Shown here piece by piece: positions 1-13,238 of a DNA stretch of 64,000 nucleotides. Below the pieces are notes generated by a model. It had not been told where the DNA came from, ran no database searches, and saw only the letters and a list, made by a program, of their open reading frames with translations. The DNA lies in NCBI GenBank assembly GCA_951406725.2, contig OX597825.1:62744001-62808000 (forward strand). Reading direction: 5' to 3'. The position numbers were made by a program, and so were the translations under genes. The DNA is from Octopus vulgaris (lineage: Eukaryota). How positions within the stretch are numbered: position 1 is the first letter of the stretch; each line of letters begins with the position of its first letter.

Positions 1-168
1 ATAACTCAGCTGGAAGCAGCAATCTCACCAGACTTCGTCTTCTACATAACACCAAAACCATGCTCGTGAATTTTGAAGGTGGCCTATACTGTGATGACAA
101 CCACTTAGCTCTTAATAATCAAAACCCACATCTCACGGAAAATATTTGAATGAATTTATACAGCTTAA

Positions 169-582
169 GGCGCAGGAGTGGCTATGTGGTAAGTAGTTTG
201 TTTACCAACTACATGGTTCCGGGTTCAGTCACACTGCGTGGCACCTTGGGCAAGTGTCTTCTACTATAGGCTCCAGCCGACCAAAGCCTTGTGAGTGGAT
301 TTGGTAGACGGAAACTGAAAGAAGCCCGTCGTATATATGTATATATATGCGTGTGTGTGATTGTGTGTCTGTGTTTGTCCCCCTGGCATAGCTTGACAAC
401 TGATGCTGGTGTGTTTATGTCGCCGTTACATAGCGGTTCGGCAAGAGAGACCAATAGAATAAGTACTGGGCTTACAAAAGAATAAGTCTCGGGGTCGAGT
501 TGCTCAATTAAAGGCGGTGCTCCAGTATGGCCACAGTCAAATGACTGAAACAAGTAAAAGAGTAAAAGAGTAAAGAGAGTAA
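169..582 (+). mobile_element. tRNA-derived SINE, family A (local name), full length with internal TA/TG microsatellite and (GAGTAAAA)n tail
   Basis: Pol III A/B-box-like head (GTGGCTATGTGGTAAG ... GGGTTCAGTC), body shared with many copies in the window (36945, 58233 etc.), tail AGTAAAAGAGTAAAAGAG. Confidence 0.9.
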
Positions 583-1251
583 GCCAAATCACAGAAAAAC
601 GTACACATTTATTGTTATCACTTTAGTCCACAGTATATCCTATGAATTTTCATACTTTTCATTCAACCAAAATTTTTTACTGGCATAAAATCTTATAGAA
701 TTATATGCTCTCTAAACGTTGACTGAAAGTTATCTTTTCTTAACATAGAACCCAGTATCAGATCATGATCACACTGAAATAACATCAACATGGCATGTGT
801 CATCAACCTCATATAATTTTACCATATCTTCAGTATTAACATGAACTTCGTTTACTAAGTAAAAATGTTTCCCACAGCAAAAGCACCATAGAATAGTCAA
901 CAAAAATATCACTAAAATTTCAAATTCCAATACTTGTAATTTTGGTGAAACCTTAGCTGCATACAAGCTGCATAAATCAATGAAACAAAAACTTAAGCTT
1001 CTACCAAATCCTGCAAATCCACTAACATATTACATGATGAGAAGTAGTTAACAGAAAAATGAGTTTCAAGCCATACAATCCAAGCAAAAGCATTGGTATG
1101 GACAAGAAGAAAAAACAGATAGTGTCCTTTCTTTCAATTTGCCAGATATAATCATGGACTGGACACAAATGGAGAGAAACCATGAGATTTCATTGAAAGA
1201 CAACCCAGAAAAAATACAAACATATTTATATGTGTGTTTGTAGATTTGTAA

Positions 1252-1505
1252 GTGCAGGTATGGTTGTGTAGTTTAAAAGTTTGTTTCTCATCCAAACGGA
1301 TTTGTTTTCAGTCCTATTGGGTAGAACCTAGAGCAAGTGTCATCTTCTATAGCACAAGGCCTACCAAAGCCCTGTGAGAAGTTCTGGATAGTGGAAACAG
1401 AAAAAATTCCTTCTCATAAATGTGTGTGAGTGTGTGCATGCATGCATGTGTTTGTGTGAGTTATTGTCTTCATGCCTTGACATAATCTAACAGCTGTAAA
1501 TGAGA
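1252..1505 (+). mobile_element. Degenerate family A SINE
   Basis: Diverged match to family A (gagcaagtgt...ctatagc...accaaagccctgtgag). Confidence 0.65.
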
Positions 1506-1645
1506 ATAACAGTTCTATAAGTGGTATAGTTTGTTTGCAGTCTTTTATTAAATATGTCTGGCTAATAATTTATTCCAAAACAGGTGATAGGATTAGTAAC
1601 AAGGAGATTCAGCCATACACGCACACACTCACACATGCACACGCA

Positions 1646-1860
1646 CATTGCCTTATTTCTGTTCTGCTGGTTGCAGGTCTCCCAGAGCATTCGTCAATAT
1701 CGACATTTTTTCTGCCATCTTGGAAACATCTGAACCCCTTATGTGTGGCTCAGACACTTTCTGCAGCTTCGCACTGGCCTCTGAGCAGGTATCGCCATTA
1801 CAACTTTCTGAGATTGTTAATGCAAAGATCACATGCTACACATGTTCCTTCCAAGCACTG
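1646..1860 (-). pseudogene. Mariner transposase N-terminal (HTH) fragment
   Basis: Minus-strand translation gives GDTCSEASAKLQKV and FRCFQDGRKNVDIDECSGRPATSRTE, matching the mariner F..F..GR....D..RSGRP motif; interrupted. Confidence 0.75.
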
Positions 1861-2107
1861 CTGTAAAGAGCATGCTTTACCTTCATCACAATGGCAACAG
1901 TGTGGATCATTTCGACATCTAACATGTGGCACCCATTGCACCTGTACAGGTAATTTCGATTAGATGGAGGGAGTGAGTCTATGTCTACACAAGCATTTGA
2001 TCACTATACACAAATCATCTGTGTGGTTGGTTGATAAGAAATTGTCAAACCCTAATATGTCATCTAATGACGAGAGATTCCATCATCATATATGTATGTA
2101 TATATAT

Positions 2108-2292
2108 ACTTACCTCCCTTACACATAATCTTTTTACTCAGGGGCTAGTAGGCCTGACATTGTTCAGTAATTGGTGTGCATTCAAAGCAATGATTAGTAA
2201 TTTTATGAAACCGGTATGCTTTTAAATCTCTTTAACAATTCACAATAATGATTTTTATTACTTTTATTCCTACCTTAGTTCATTTAATTGTA
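2108..2292 (+). mobile_element. TA-embedded segment with degenerate minimal hammerhead-like motif (2178-2219)
   Basis: gca-ttcaaag-...-GAAACCGGTA-tgc: 3-bp stem I and palindromic stem III; the CUGANGA box is decayed; flanked by (TA)n. Confidence 0.45.
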
Positions 2293-2516
2293 TATATCTA
2301 TCGTTATTTTTCATAAAAAACCTTTACTTTTTTTGATTTCCAATGTGCATTTTTGCTTATTTTTCTTCTTACTTTCCCCATGCATTTCCACATGTAGTTT
2401 CTATTTTCTTTTTGTAACATATTTCTAATTTATGCATATATATATATATAATCAAGTTTGTGTGTGTGTGTGTGTGCGTGCATGTGTACGCACATGTATG
2501 TGTGAGTTTGTCTCTG

Positions 2517-2586
<70 letters not shown>

Positions 2587-3164
2587 CATTTAGAAACATC
2601 AAGATACATCTAGGTAAACTTTACATTAATGCATCAATTTTCCTGTTCAATCTAAAATAAACAGTAAAATCTTAATAGCCTCATTTTTAATATATCTTTT
2701 ACGAAATGTAATTTTTATGGTTTAATTTTAAAGCTTAAATGCAAATATCATCCCTTCTCAATCAAATCAATTAATTAACTCTCATTCGCTGCAACGTTTA
2801 TTTTGTGTCACAATCTATGAAACCATTAATGTCTTTGACACTTCTGGTCTATATTATTGTGTCACACAAGCAAATCTTTGATTTCCATGTATTATTTTAA
2901 ACATTGCATTTTTGTTTTTGCTGTTGTGGTTTATTTTGCTGTTGTAAAGCAAGCACTGGTACAAGCTGATGTTTCATCTACAAAGATACAATGATAGACT
3001 GTGATAAAAAAAAAAAACCAGTTTTGTTTTGTTGTTGATGCTGTTCATGTTTGCTGTTGTTTAAGGAGATGATGTATAAATATAGTGTGGTATAGATTAT
3101 ATCTCTAGAAGATCAACCAATAACATCAAGACCTCAGCATGAGATGAAATTAGATTCAGATAAT

Positions 3165-3166
3165 TA

Positions 3167-3229
<63 letters not shown>

Positions 3230-3233
3230 CACT

Positions 3234-3318
<85 letters not shown>

Positions 3319-3342
3319 GTAATAATAATAATGATGATGATG

Positions 3343-3433
<91 letters not shown>

Positions 3434-3446
3434 CAATAATAATAAT

Positions 3447-3480
<34 letters not shown>

Positions 3481-3488
3481 GTAATAAC
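3165..3488. repeat. Compound trinucleotide microsatellite (TAC)n-(TAA)n with TGA/CAA variants
   Basis: Seen directly; source of the poly-T/N/L ORFs. Confidence 0.98.
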
Positions 3489-3890
3489 TAGAATTAAAGA
3501 TTAAGGAACGGAATGGTCACAGTTGGAATGCTGTAGCTATGCATGACATATTTAAAGATGCATGAGAACCAAAATGATTTGGCTGTGTAATATTTTGCTC
3601 AAAGACTTTTCTTTTTTAGGACTGAAAGTCAGTGATACTCTTTGTTTAAGATTCTATCAGAAGAATACTTTTACAAGCTTTCAATTCTTTTTCATATTTT
3701 CCCTTCTTGTTTATCTATTTTGAAACATACAGCCCTCCATTAGTTTAAATTTTAAACTATTTTTTTTCTAAACAGTTATGATTTCAAAATAGAGGACTAC
3801 AAATCTGCAGAAAATAAATAAATAACATCCTACAATATTTTGATCCCCAATGCTTAAATAAAGCTGAGCCCATAAATATTGTGACATAGA

Positions 3891-4036
3891 CACTAACCAT
3901 ATCCCAAAACCCTAACCATATACCTTACCTTAAACCCTAATGTGCATTCCTAAACTCCAACACTAAGCACACCTTAACTATAATTCCTAATCTTAGCACT
4001 AAAACAGAAATGTACTTTAAACCTAAAACATTAACA
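3891..4036 (+). repeat. Degenerate (CCCTAA)-like hexamer repeat
   Basis: accctaacc, aaaccctaa, cctaaac, cctaatc and acctaaaac recur over about 150 bp. Confidence 0.5.
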
Positions 4037-4070
4037 TTTTAGCTCTCTCTCTACTTTCTCTCTCTCTCTC

Positions 4071-4303
4071 TCTTTTACTTGTTTCAGTCATTTGACTGTG
4101 GCCATGCTGGAGCACTGCCTTTAGTTGAGCAAATCGACCCCAGGACTTATTCTTTGTAAGCCTAGTACTTATTCTATCAGTCTCTTTTGCCAAACCACTA
4201 AGTTACGGGGATGTAAACACACCAGCATCGGTTGTCGAGCGATGTTGGGGGGGACAAACACAGACAAACAAACATATACATGCACACATACATACATACA
4301 TAC

Positions 4304-4381
<78 letters not shown>

Positions 4382-4550
4382 GTATACGACGGGTTTCTTT
4401 CAGTTTCCATCTACCAAATCCATTTATAAGGCTTTGGTTGGCCCGAGGCTACAGTAGAAGAAACTTGCCCAAGGTGCCATGCAGTGGGACTCAACCAAGA
4501 ACCATCTGGTTGGTAAGCAAGCTACTTACCACACAGCCACTCCTACGCCT
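4071..4550 (-). mobile_element. Family A SINE inserted near the left end of a TTAA MITE
   Basis: Reverse complement of family A; host MITE resumes tagcatttaaactggcc at 4552 and ends gctaaaggg|ttaa near 4788. Confidence 0.9.
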
Positions 4551-4899
4551 ATAGCATTTAAACTGGCCACATCTGGCCATATCTGACCAAAATATTATAC
4601 GTGTTTTATGCACAGACTGACAATATTCAAACTCTCGGACCTACCCTGCAATGTCATACTAATAAGAAATAAATGCATCATTGAAATCTCAAAGCTATGA
4701 GATAATGTCTGATTAATTCAAAACAATGGGAAAAAATAGAATAAATGAGGATTATATTTGACAAATTATCTGAATGCTAAAGGGTTAAATTTAGTTGAAA
4801 TACAAATCCTGAAGCTGGGACTAGTTTGTAATCCTCTCTTCAACCCAAAGTGAACCCCTAGCCTATAATATGTATCAGAAATTGTACTAGATTTTAGTC

Positions 4900-5428
4900 A
4901 TCATCATCATCATTATCATCGTTTAACGTCCACTTTCCATGCTAGCATGGGTTGGACGATTTTGATTGAGGGCTGGCGAACCAGACGGCCACACCAAGCT
5001 CCAATCTTGATCTGGCAGTTTCTACAGCTGGATGCCCTTCCTAATGCCAGCCAATCCGAGAGTGTAGTGGGTTCATGCCCACCGGCATGTGGGCAGTCAG
5101 GCGGTACTGGCAATGACCTCACTCGAATCTTTTTAAACATGCCATCGGCACAGGTGCCAGTAAGGCGACGTTGGATACGATCATGTTCGAATGGTGCCCT
5201 TTTACGTGCAACCAGCATGGAGCCACTTGGCTGCACTGGCAATGATCACACTCGGATGGTGCTCTTGGCACCCTACTAGCACGGGCACAAGTGCCAGTAA
5301 GGTGACACTGGCAATGATCACACTCGAATGGTGCCCTTTTATGTGTCACTGGCACAGAAGCTGGTTAGCTGCTCTGTCAACGATCACCCTTGTATGGTGC
5401 TCCTTGCACCCCACTAGCACGGATGCAA
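4900..5428 (-). mobile_element. Family D repeat: about 60-bp tandem units plus RTE-like 3' tail ending (GAT)n, no tRNA head
   Basis: Minus strand ends ...aggaagggcatccagctgtagaaac...cccatgctagcatggaaagtggacgttaaacgatgat; same tail at 10160, 21450, 36830, 45000 and 49020. Confidence 0.85.
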
Positions 5429-5518
5429 GTGAAAGTGAATATTATATTTATACATATGATTTATTTGATATCCAAATATATACATACCTGAATATCCATA
5501 CACAAACAGATAGACACA

Positions 5519-5568
<50 letters not shown>

Positions 5569-5825
5569 AGCACACACACATACATACACATTATACACAC
5601 AAACGTGGTTGTCTAAGGAAGGTTCATAAGTCAAAGAAAAGAACACATGCAATATAATGTAACAGAGTGAGTGTAATTTTAATACAAATATAAATTATGG
5701 ACTATGTTCTACCAAGCAAAGTTATTAGATATGGTTGACTGATAAAGCAAAGCCCTGGCTATATATTTTGAAATAAATATTTATAACATATATATATGCA
5801 TATCTCTGTATATATGTATATCTTT

Positions 5826-5828
5826 TTA

Positions 5829-5859
<31 letters not shown>

Positions 5860-5979
5860 GTACATATATACACACACACATATATATACATATATGTATA
5901 TGAATACGTATTTCTATCAATATATATATGTGTGTATGTGTGTATCATATTATTCATCATCATCATCATCATCATCGTT

Positions 5980-6049
<70 letters not shown>

Positions 6050-6326
6050 TACACAAATATATATACATATACATAAATATATATATATATATATATACTT
6101 ACATATATAGATATATATATTTATATACACACTCATGATGTATGTATGTATAGATGTATGGATGGATGTTTTCATGTATATGTAAGTATGTATCTACTCA
6201 CATGTCATTGAACTGATCCACCACCTCTTCAATATGATTCTTAGTCCACAATTAACCTATATTGAGCTCCATTCATATTAGCGACATATATATAAATATA
6301 TATATATACATATATACATATCTATA

Positions 6327-6412
<86 letters not shown>

Positions 6413-6419
6413 TACATAC

Positions 6420-6472
<53 letters not shown>
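5826..6472. repeat. Compound (TA)n/(CA)n/(CAT)n/(GA)n microsatellite tract
   Basis: Seen directly. Confidence 0.95.
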
Positions 6473-6476
<4 letters not shown>

Positions 6477-7051
6477 TTCAGGTGTGTGTGCATGTGTGCG
6501 TTTGTATGTTTGCATTGTACTAAAATGTTTATACAGGCATATTAGGTAAAAACGATGAAAGTTATTTTCTGTTGCTATATATTGATTTGATAAGCTTATT
6601 AAATATCTAACCTTTGGCTCATTCTGAGATATATTAGTCATGGAATAGTCATGGACTGTAAAGAACCTACATGACCCAGAAATCTAACCAGAAACTATAT
6701 ACGATGCTACAAAACCATTAATCACAAAATACATAAACTAATAATATATTGCCTTATTTTCAAAGTTCAAGATCGAAGAAGAGATACCAAAGAACCTCCC
6801 AGAAAGTGAGATTGATTAAAAGATTAAAAGATTAACTTATGAATGAGCAAGCAACATTTGACTATATAATTTATAGTGTTACAACAGGTGTCAGCAGTTC
6901 TTATTGCTGTAATGTTTTCTTTAAGGAAATGTTTGTCTTAAGTGAAAGCATTATTATTCTTAACAGTAATTTTCACTGCATCATAGATAATGATTTCAGC
7001 TGATTATATTTTTCTTTCATATGATATATGAAAATATATACATTCATTCAT

Positions 7052-7119
7052 ACCATACATACATACATACATACATACATACATACATACATACATACAT
7101 ACATACATACAAACATACA

Positions 7120-7151
<32 letters not shown>

Positions 7152-7523
7152 CATATATATACATATATATACATATATACTCACACACACACATATATAT
7201 ACATATATATACATACATAAATGCATATATATATATATATATATAGCCACACATAAATATATTTGCATATGTATATATACTTATGTATCTATTTATACAT
7301 ATGTATATATATATATATATACATACCTATTTACACACACACATATATATACATACATACATACAAACATACATGTGTGTGTGTATATATATATATATGT
7401 ATATACATATATTTATATATATATATACATATATATACATACATAAATGCATATATATATATATAGCCACACATAAATATATTTGCATATGTATATATAT
7501 CTATGTATCTATTTATACATATG

Positions 7524-7555
<32 letters not shown>

Positions 7556-7690
7556 CCTATTTACACACACATATATATACATACACACATATAAACATTT
7601 ATATATATACATACATACACTCACACATATATAAATATATATATGTGAGTGTAAGTGTCTATGTATGTATGCATGTATATATATACACAT
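7052..7690. repeat. Compound (CATA)n/(TA)n microsatellite containing an approximately 220-bp tandem duplication
   Basis: Unique anchor atagccacacataaatatatttgcatatg recurs at about 7242 and 7462. Confidence 0.9.
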
Positions 7691-8161
7691 AATATTGCAT
7701 ATTTCATTTCATCACACCATATACCACCAACAGATTTTTTATAGAACTTTTAAACTAGCAATTCTTACAATAGTTATCAAACTCTGTTTTGAAATTATCC
7801 ATAAATTCTTTTATAAAAAAACTCACAGATTTATTGATCATATAAAACTATTGGAGTCCTGTTTAATATGTTTAATATGGAACCTGAACTTCACAAAGTG
7901 AAAATTGCAACAGCCCACACATGACATTCTACATAATTATATCCACTTAAGTCAGTTTTGACTATTTTGCAATACACACATATTTAGGCAGTTGGAATAC
8001 CATTGAAATCCTTGTGCACAGTTTTAAACTGAATACAGTGGAACGTTTGCATTCAACTTATGAAAGGATCTTTAGTTTAACTGTACAGCTTCTCTGCCCC
8101 TATTCCCATCATAATTAATAGCCACTGATAATTAGTTTTGCAATGTAGTACTAGTTGTAGT

Positions 8162-8705
8162 AGGCACATAGCTCAGTGGTTAGAGCATCAAGCTCACAAT
8201 CATGAGGCAGTGAGTTTGATTCCTGAACCAAGCTGTGTGTTGTGTTCTTGAGCAAGACACTTTATTTCATGTTGCTACCAGTTTACTCGGCTGTAGAAAT
8301 GAGTTGCAACGTCACTGGTGCCAAGCTGTATCAGTCTTTGTCTTTCCCATATATAATATTCTTTCCTCCTCTAGGCACAAGGCCTGAAATTTTGGGGGAA
8401 GGGGCCAGTCGATTAGAGTGACCCCAGTAGTGCAACTGGTACTTAATTTATCGACCCCGAAAGGATGAAAGGCAAAGTCGACTTCAACGGAATTTGAACC
8501 CAGAACATAAAGGCAGACAAAATACGGCTATGCATTTCGCTCAGCTTGCTAACGTTTCTGCCAGCACACTTGGCATGGAGAGGGATGCTGGTGTGCATGG
8601 GTGAATGCTGGCCTTCCATAAACAACATTGTCTGGACTTTTGTCTCAGAGAGGAAAGTGTCTAGGCGCAATCCCATGGTCATTCATGAATGAAGGGGTTC
8701 TTTAC
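8162..8705 (+). mobile_element. Family B tRNA-SINE (CORE-like central domain) interrupted by a minus-strand family C SINE (about 8361-8567)
   Basis: Head gctcagtggttagagc...gagtttgattcc; CORE-like gtgttcttgagcaagacacttt...cagctgtagaaatgag; the 3' half resumes after the insert. Confidence 0.85.
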
Positions 8706-9356
8706 ACTTTACTAGCTGTAGTACATGAACTGCCAATAATTTTATTTGCAGGATGATACCTTCCTGATATAGATATTTCTTATATGTCATTGTATGTGAA
8801 ATGTACAGGACATTAGTAATTTTTCATAGAGTTCATAAAGTTTAGTTTTATTTTCTGTTCATGTTATAAACTGAAAGTAATGTGACTGTAAGTAGTGTAC
8901 TGACCTTTGATGAATGTGAAGATGAGCTTTGAAAATGTCACACAACAGTAGACTAAAAGAAGTTTGCATCAATTTTTATTATTTCAATTGTAATACACTG
9001 CATTGCTAGTTTTGTCTTTTTTTTCAGACGAGTAATAGAAGTGAAGAGTCACTATGTCATTTAACATTTCATTTCCTTACCAGACTTCCCTTGTACTTGC
9101 TACAAGGTCATACAAAAATGGTTTATTGTCTCTGAAGCGATCCTCTCAGATAATCTTATCAGGAAATGCTAAAAACTGGAAAAAATCTACTGTGTTCTAG
9201 ACTTGAAACAAATCTATAGCAACTGAGATATTCATTAACCATTTAACATTCAGGTTACTCTGTTAAATGTAATCTTTATTGATTCATATTGTTTTGAATT
9301 GATCCTGCATTATGTTTTAGCTTTGAAAGCCAGTGAGCAGGCAGAATTGTTAACAG

Positions 9357-10150
9357 AAGGTGGCGAGCTGGCAGAAACGTGAGTACGCCAGGTGAAATGT
9401 TTAGCAGTATTTCGTCTGCCATTACGTTGTGAGTTCAATTTTCGCCGAGGTTGACTTTGCCTTTCATCCTTTCGGGGTCGATTAATTAAGTACCAGTTAC
9501 GCACTGGCATCGATATAATCGACTTAATCCGTCTGTCTGTCCTTGTTTGTCCCCCTCTGTGTTTAGCCCCTTGTGGGTAGTAAAGAAATAAGTATTTCGT
9601 CTGCCGCTACGTTCTGAGTTCAAATTCCGCTGAGGTCGACTTTGCCTTTCATCCTTTCGGGGCCAATGAAATAAGTACCAGTTATGCACTGGGGTCAATA
9701 TAATTGACTTAATCTGTTTGTCTGTCCTTGTTTGTCCTCTCTGTGTTTGGCTCCTTGTGGGTAGTAAAGAAATAGGTATTTTGTCTGTCTTTACGTTCTG
9801 AGTTCAAATTCTGCCGAGGCCGACTTTGCCTTTCATCCTTTTGGGGTCGATTAAATAAGTACCAGTTATGCACTGGGGTCAATATAATCGACTTAATCTG
9901 TTTGTCTGTCCTTGTTTGTCCCCTCTGTGTGTAGCCCCTTGTGGGCAATAAAGAAATAAGAATTGTTAGCACACCAGGCAAAAATGTTAGCAGCATTTCA
10001 TCCGTCTTTACATTCTGTGTTCTAATTCTACCGAGATTGCCTCCGACTTTTATACTTCTGGGATTGATAAAATAAGTACTGATTGAGTAGGGGATCAATG
10101 TAATCGACCTTACTTCTTGAATTTACTGGATTTGTGCCAAAATTTGAAAT
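9357..10150 (+). mobile_element. Family C SINE array (Meta-domain-like), with about 184-bp internal tandem units
   Basis: Unit core gaggtcgactttgcctttcatcctttcggggtcgattaaataagtaccag; units start near 9407, 9592, 9776 and 9993. Confidence 0.88.
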
Positions 10151-10161
10151 CCTTCTGCTGT

Positions 10162-10510
10162 CATCATCATCAACATCATCATCATCATCATCATCATCCT
10201 TTAACATCCGCTTTCCATGCTAGCATGTGTTGGACGATTTAACTGAGGACTGGCGAACCAGATGGCTGCGCCAAGCTCCAATCTTATTTGTCAGAGTTTC
10301 TACAGCTGGATGCCCTTCCTAATGCCAACAACTCCAAGAGTGTGGTAGATGCTTTTCCCTGCCACCTGCACGAGGGCCAGTCTGGCGGTACTGGCAATGG
10401 CCACGCTCGAAATAGTGTTTTTTACATGCCACCTGCACAGGAGTTAGTCCAGCAGCACTGGCAACAACCTTGCTCAAATGTTTTGTTCATGTGCCACCGG
10501 CCAAAGTGCC
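10162..10510 (-). mobile_element. Family D repeat
   Basis: (CAT)n followed by the family D tail and two 60-bp units. Confidence 0.85.
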
Positions 10511-11719
10511 AAGCTTTGAGATTTTTATGATGTGATTATTTATTTTTAGAATAGCATTGTAGGGTAGGTGTGAGAGACCAGATCTGGCCACTATGAAAAG
10601 GAGACAGGAAGAATGTTTGGGTCAGTTTAGATGCTAAACAGTTAATCTTTCAAGTATTAATGTATTAGGTTTCAAAGCGCAACAAACCATATTTTGTTAA
10701 TCCTAGTCTTCCTACATTATATATTTCAAAGATTTTGGCTTGTTTGAGTAATATCACAACATGCTTTCGAAATACAAATTAAAGTAGTTATGTATATTGT
10801 CTTCTATGTATATTACATGTGATAAATCAATGTATTTTATTTACATTATACATTGAACAAATATGTACTCTGAATTAACAGCTGGAATTTTGATGTAAAC
10901 ATTATTAAACATTATAATCACAATTTTAGGACAGAAAAGACAAATAGATTTGTTAAGTGAGACATGTTTCTCTTTCCTCTCTCAGACTGTCGCTTATAAT
11001 GTCCTCTGTCAAACAGTGTGAAATAGTCCAGACTGAAATAGCAGTTTATTTTAAGAGAAGAGATAAGAAAATGAAATCTCTTAAATACTTCAGAACAAAA
11101 TTGTTTTTAAATCCGTATATTGTTTTGGATTTTTAATATATCAGCACATGAAGAAAGCATTTAAAATTACATTTCCTCACCATCTTTTGGTGATATATTA
11201 TGGTGCAAAAGTATCTAATTCAAATTAAATGTCTATAGAAAAAATGTCTATAGTAAATAATTTACAAAAGAACAGTTTTCTGATATCTTTATTCAACATA
11301 TTTGGTGTTAGCATCCAAATTTCATTAAATTTCTGTTCTAATGCAAGCTTCACTTAACTCTTTGATTACTACAATATAGTTAATGAAGACCACCAATACA
11401 TTCCAGTTAATTTTGAAAAGAATCAAGAACTGGAAGAACTTAGAGCAACAACTGAATTTTGCTATAAATAAAATGGTGTTTGCAACATAAACTGATTAAA
11501 GTCCTTTGTACAAAATAATGGTAAAAATGCTCTGATTTAATAAGAAAACTTTGATATTAGATTTTGTATATCATAGTACTAAATGAGATCCAAGAAGGGT
11601 TCAGTGTATATTAGGCCAAATTTGATACAATAGAAGCTGTTTTATAATTAAAAACCACCCTATGTATGTATGTTATATATTATATATTATATATTATATT
11701 CTTTAATTCGTTTGTTCTT

Positions 11720-11899
11720 TTCTTTTATTTGTTTCAGTCATGTGACTGCAGTCATGCTGGAAACTAGGACTTATTCTTTGTAAGCTTATTACTTATTCTA
11801 TCGGTTCTCTTTTGCTGAACTGCTAAGTTGTGAGGACATAAATTCACTAATATTGGTTGTCAAGTGATGATGGTGGGACAAACACAGACACACAAACAT

Positions 11900-11931
<32 letters not shown>

Positions 11932-12195
11932 TCACATATATATATATATACATATATATACATATGATGGGCTTCTTACCACACAGTCACTCCTACACCT
12001 ATATATATATATATATATATACGATGGGTTTCTGTCAGTTTCCATCTACCAAATCCAAATCCACTCACAAAGCATTTGTCAACCTGAGACTACATTAAAA
12101 GACACGTGTGTAAGGGCCAGGACTATGAAATTGAAACTGGAATGACATGATTGCAAATCAAAGCTAATTTCTTGACCAGCTGGTTATGGCTGCAC
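11720..12195 (-). mobile_element. Older family A SINE
   Basis: tttgtttcagtcatgtgactgcagtcatgctgg...gacttattctttgtaag...tttccatctaccaaatcc. Confidence 0.75.
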
Positions 12196-12337
12196 TTATC
12201 AATTTCATAATAATGTATATTCCGGATTATAGGATTAACCAAGTGTCCAAATTTACCTTAACCACAAGCATATATTGCCTTGGTATTGGAAAATATTCTG
12301 AACAGACTGAGTGATGAATTAATATTGCTACTCATTA

Positions 12338-12772
12338 AGATGGCGAGCTGGCAGAAACGTTAGCATGCTGGGTGAAATGCTTAGCGGTATTTCATCTGCC
12401 ATTACGTTCTAAGTTCAAATTTCGCCGAGGTTGACTTTGCCTTTCATCCTTCCGGGGTCGATTAAATAAGTACCAGTTACGCACTGGGGTTGATATAATC
12501 GACTTAATCCGTTTGTCTCTCCTTGTTTGTCCCCTCTGTGTGTAGCCCCTTGTGGGCAATAAAGAAATAAGAAACATTAGTATGCCAGGCAAAATGCTTA
12601 GCGTTATTTCATCTGTCTTTACGTTCTGAATTCAAATTCCGCCAAGGTCAACTTTGCCTTTCATACATTCAGGGTCGATAAATTAAGTACCAGTTGTGTA
12701 CTGGGGTCGATCTAACCGACTGTCTCCCCTCCCCACAAAATTTCAAATCTTGTGCCTAGAGTAGAAAAGAAC
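12338..12772 (+). mobile_element. Family C dimeric SINE
   Basis: Head gatggcgagctggcagaaacgttagc, one unit, restart at aagaaataagaaacattag, then an alternative tail ending gtgcctagagtagaaaagaa. Confidence 0.88.
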
Positions 12773-13046
12773 ATTGTTACTCTTGATCGTGTTTGATTTA
12801 TCAAATATACAGAGAAAAGCCAATGTTTATGCTATTCTGGGTTGAAGCACCAAACTCAATTATTTACTTTCCATGAATTGTAAATTGATAAATATTATCA
12901 TCTCAGTTATGTGATTATCAAAGTTTGATTTTGAAAAATATTTTTCACAGTTAGTGTATGGCAGACTTCATAAAGGCTTCAAAAACATTACGCTCTCACA
13001 AGGAGTGTAGCTTTTTCTTGTTATTGTGATTGATATATTTGACATA

Positions 13047-13187
13047 TTTGAAGGATATGCTTTTACGATCTAAGATCAGAGAGAGCTACAAAACATCTAA
13101 TCAATAAAAGCCTCAAAGCCACGAAGAAGTGACAGAAAATATTGACCATTTCACATTTCTTTCCAGAATATAACATGTAGTTGCAGA

Positions 13188-13238
<51 letters not shown>

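Noticed and set aside
3891-4036. Interstitial telomere or chromosome fusion scar
   Set aside because: Too degenerate and short, one orientation only; such hexamers also occur inside transposons.
9028-9136. Plus-strand splice-acceptor-like site followed by a 35-codon frame
   Set aside because: No recognisable protein and no supporting exons.
9357-10150. CRISPR-like regular repeats (also the 60-bp arrays of family D)
   Set aside because: Units are contiguous with no unique spacers, the context is eukaryotic, and there are no cas genes.
10915-11032. Possible minus-strand exon LDYFTLFDRGHYKRQSERGKR with dibasic sites (neuropeptide-like)
   Set aside because: Short, with no partner exons or recognisable family; compatible with chance.
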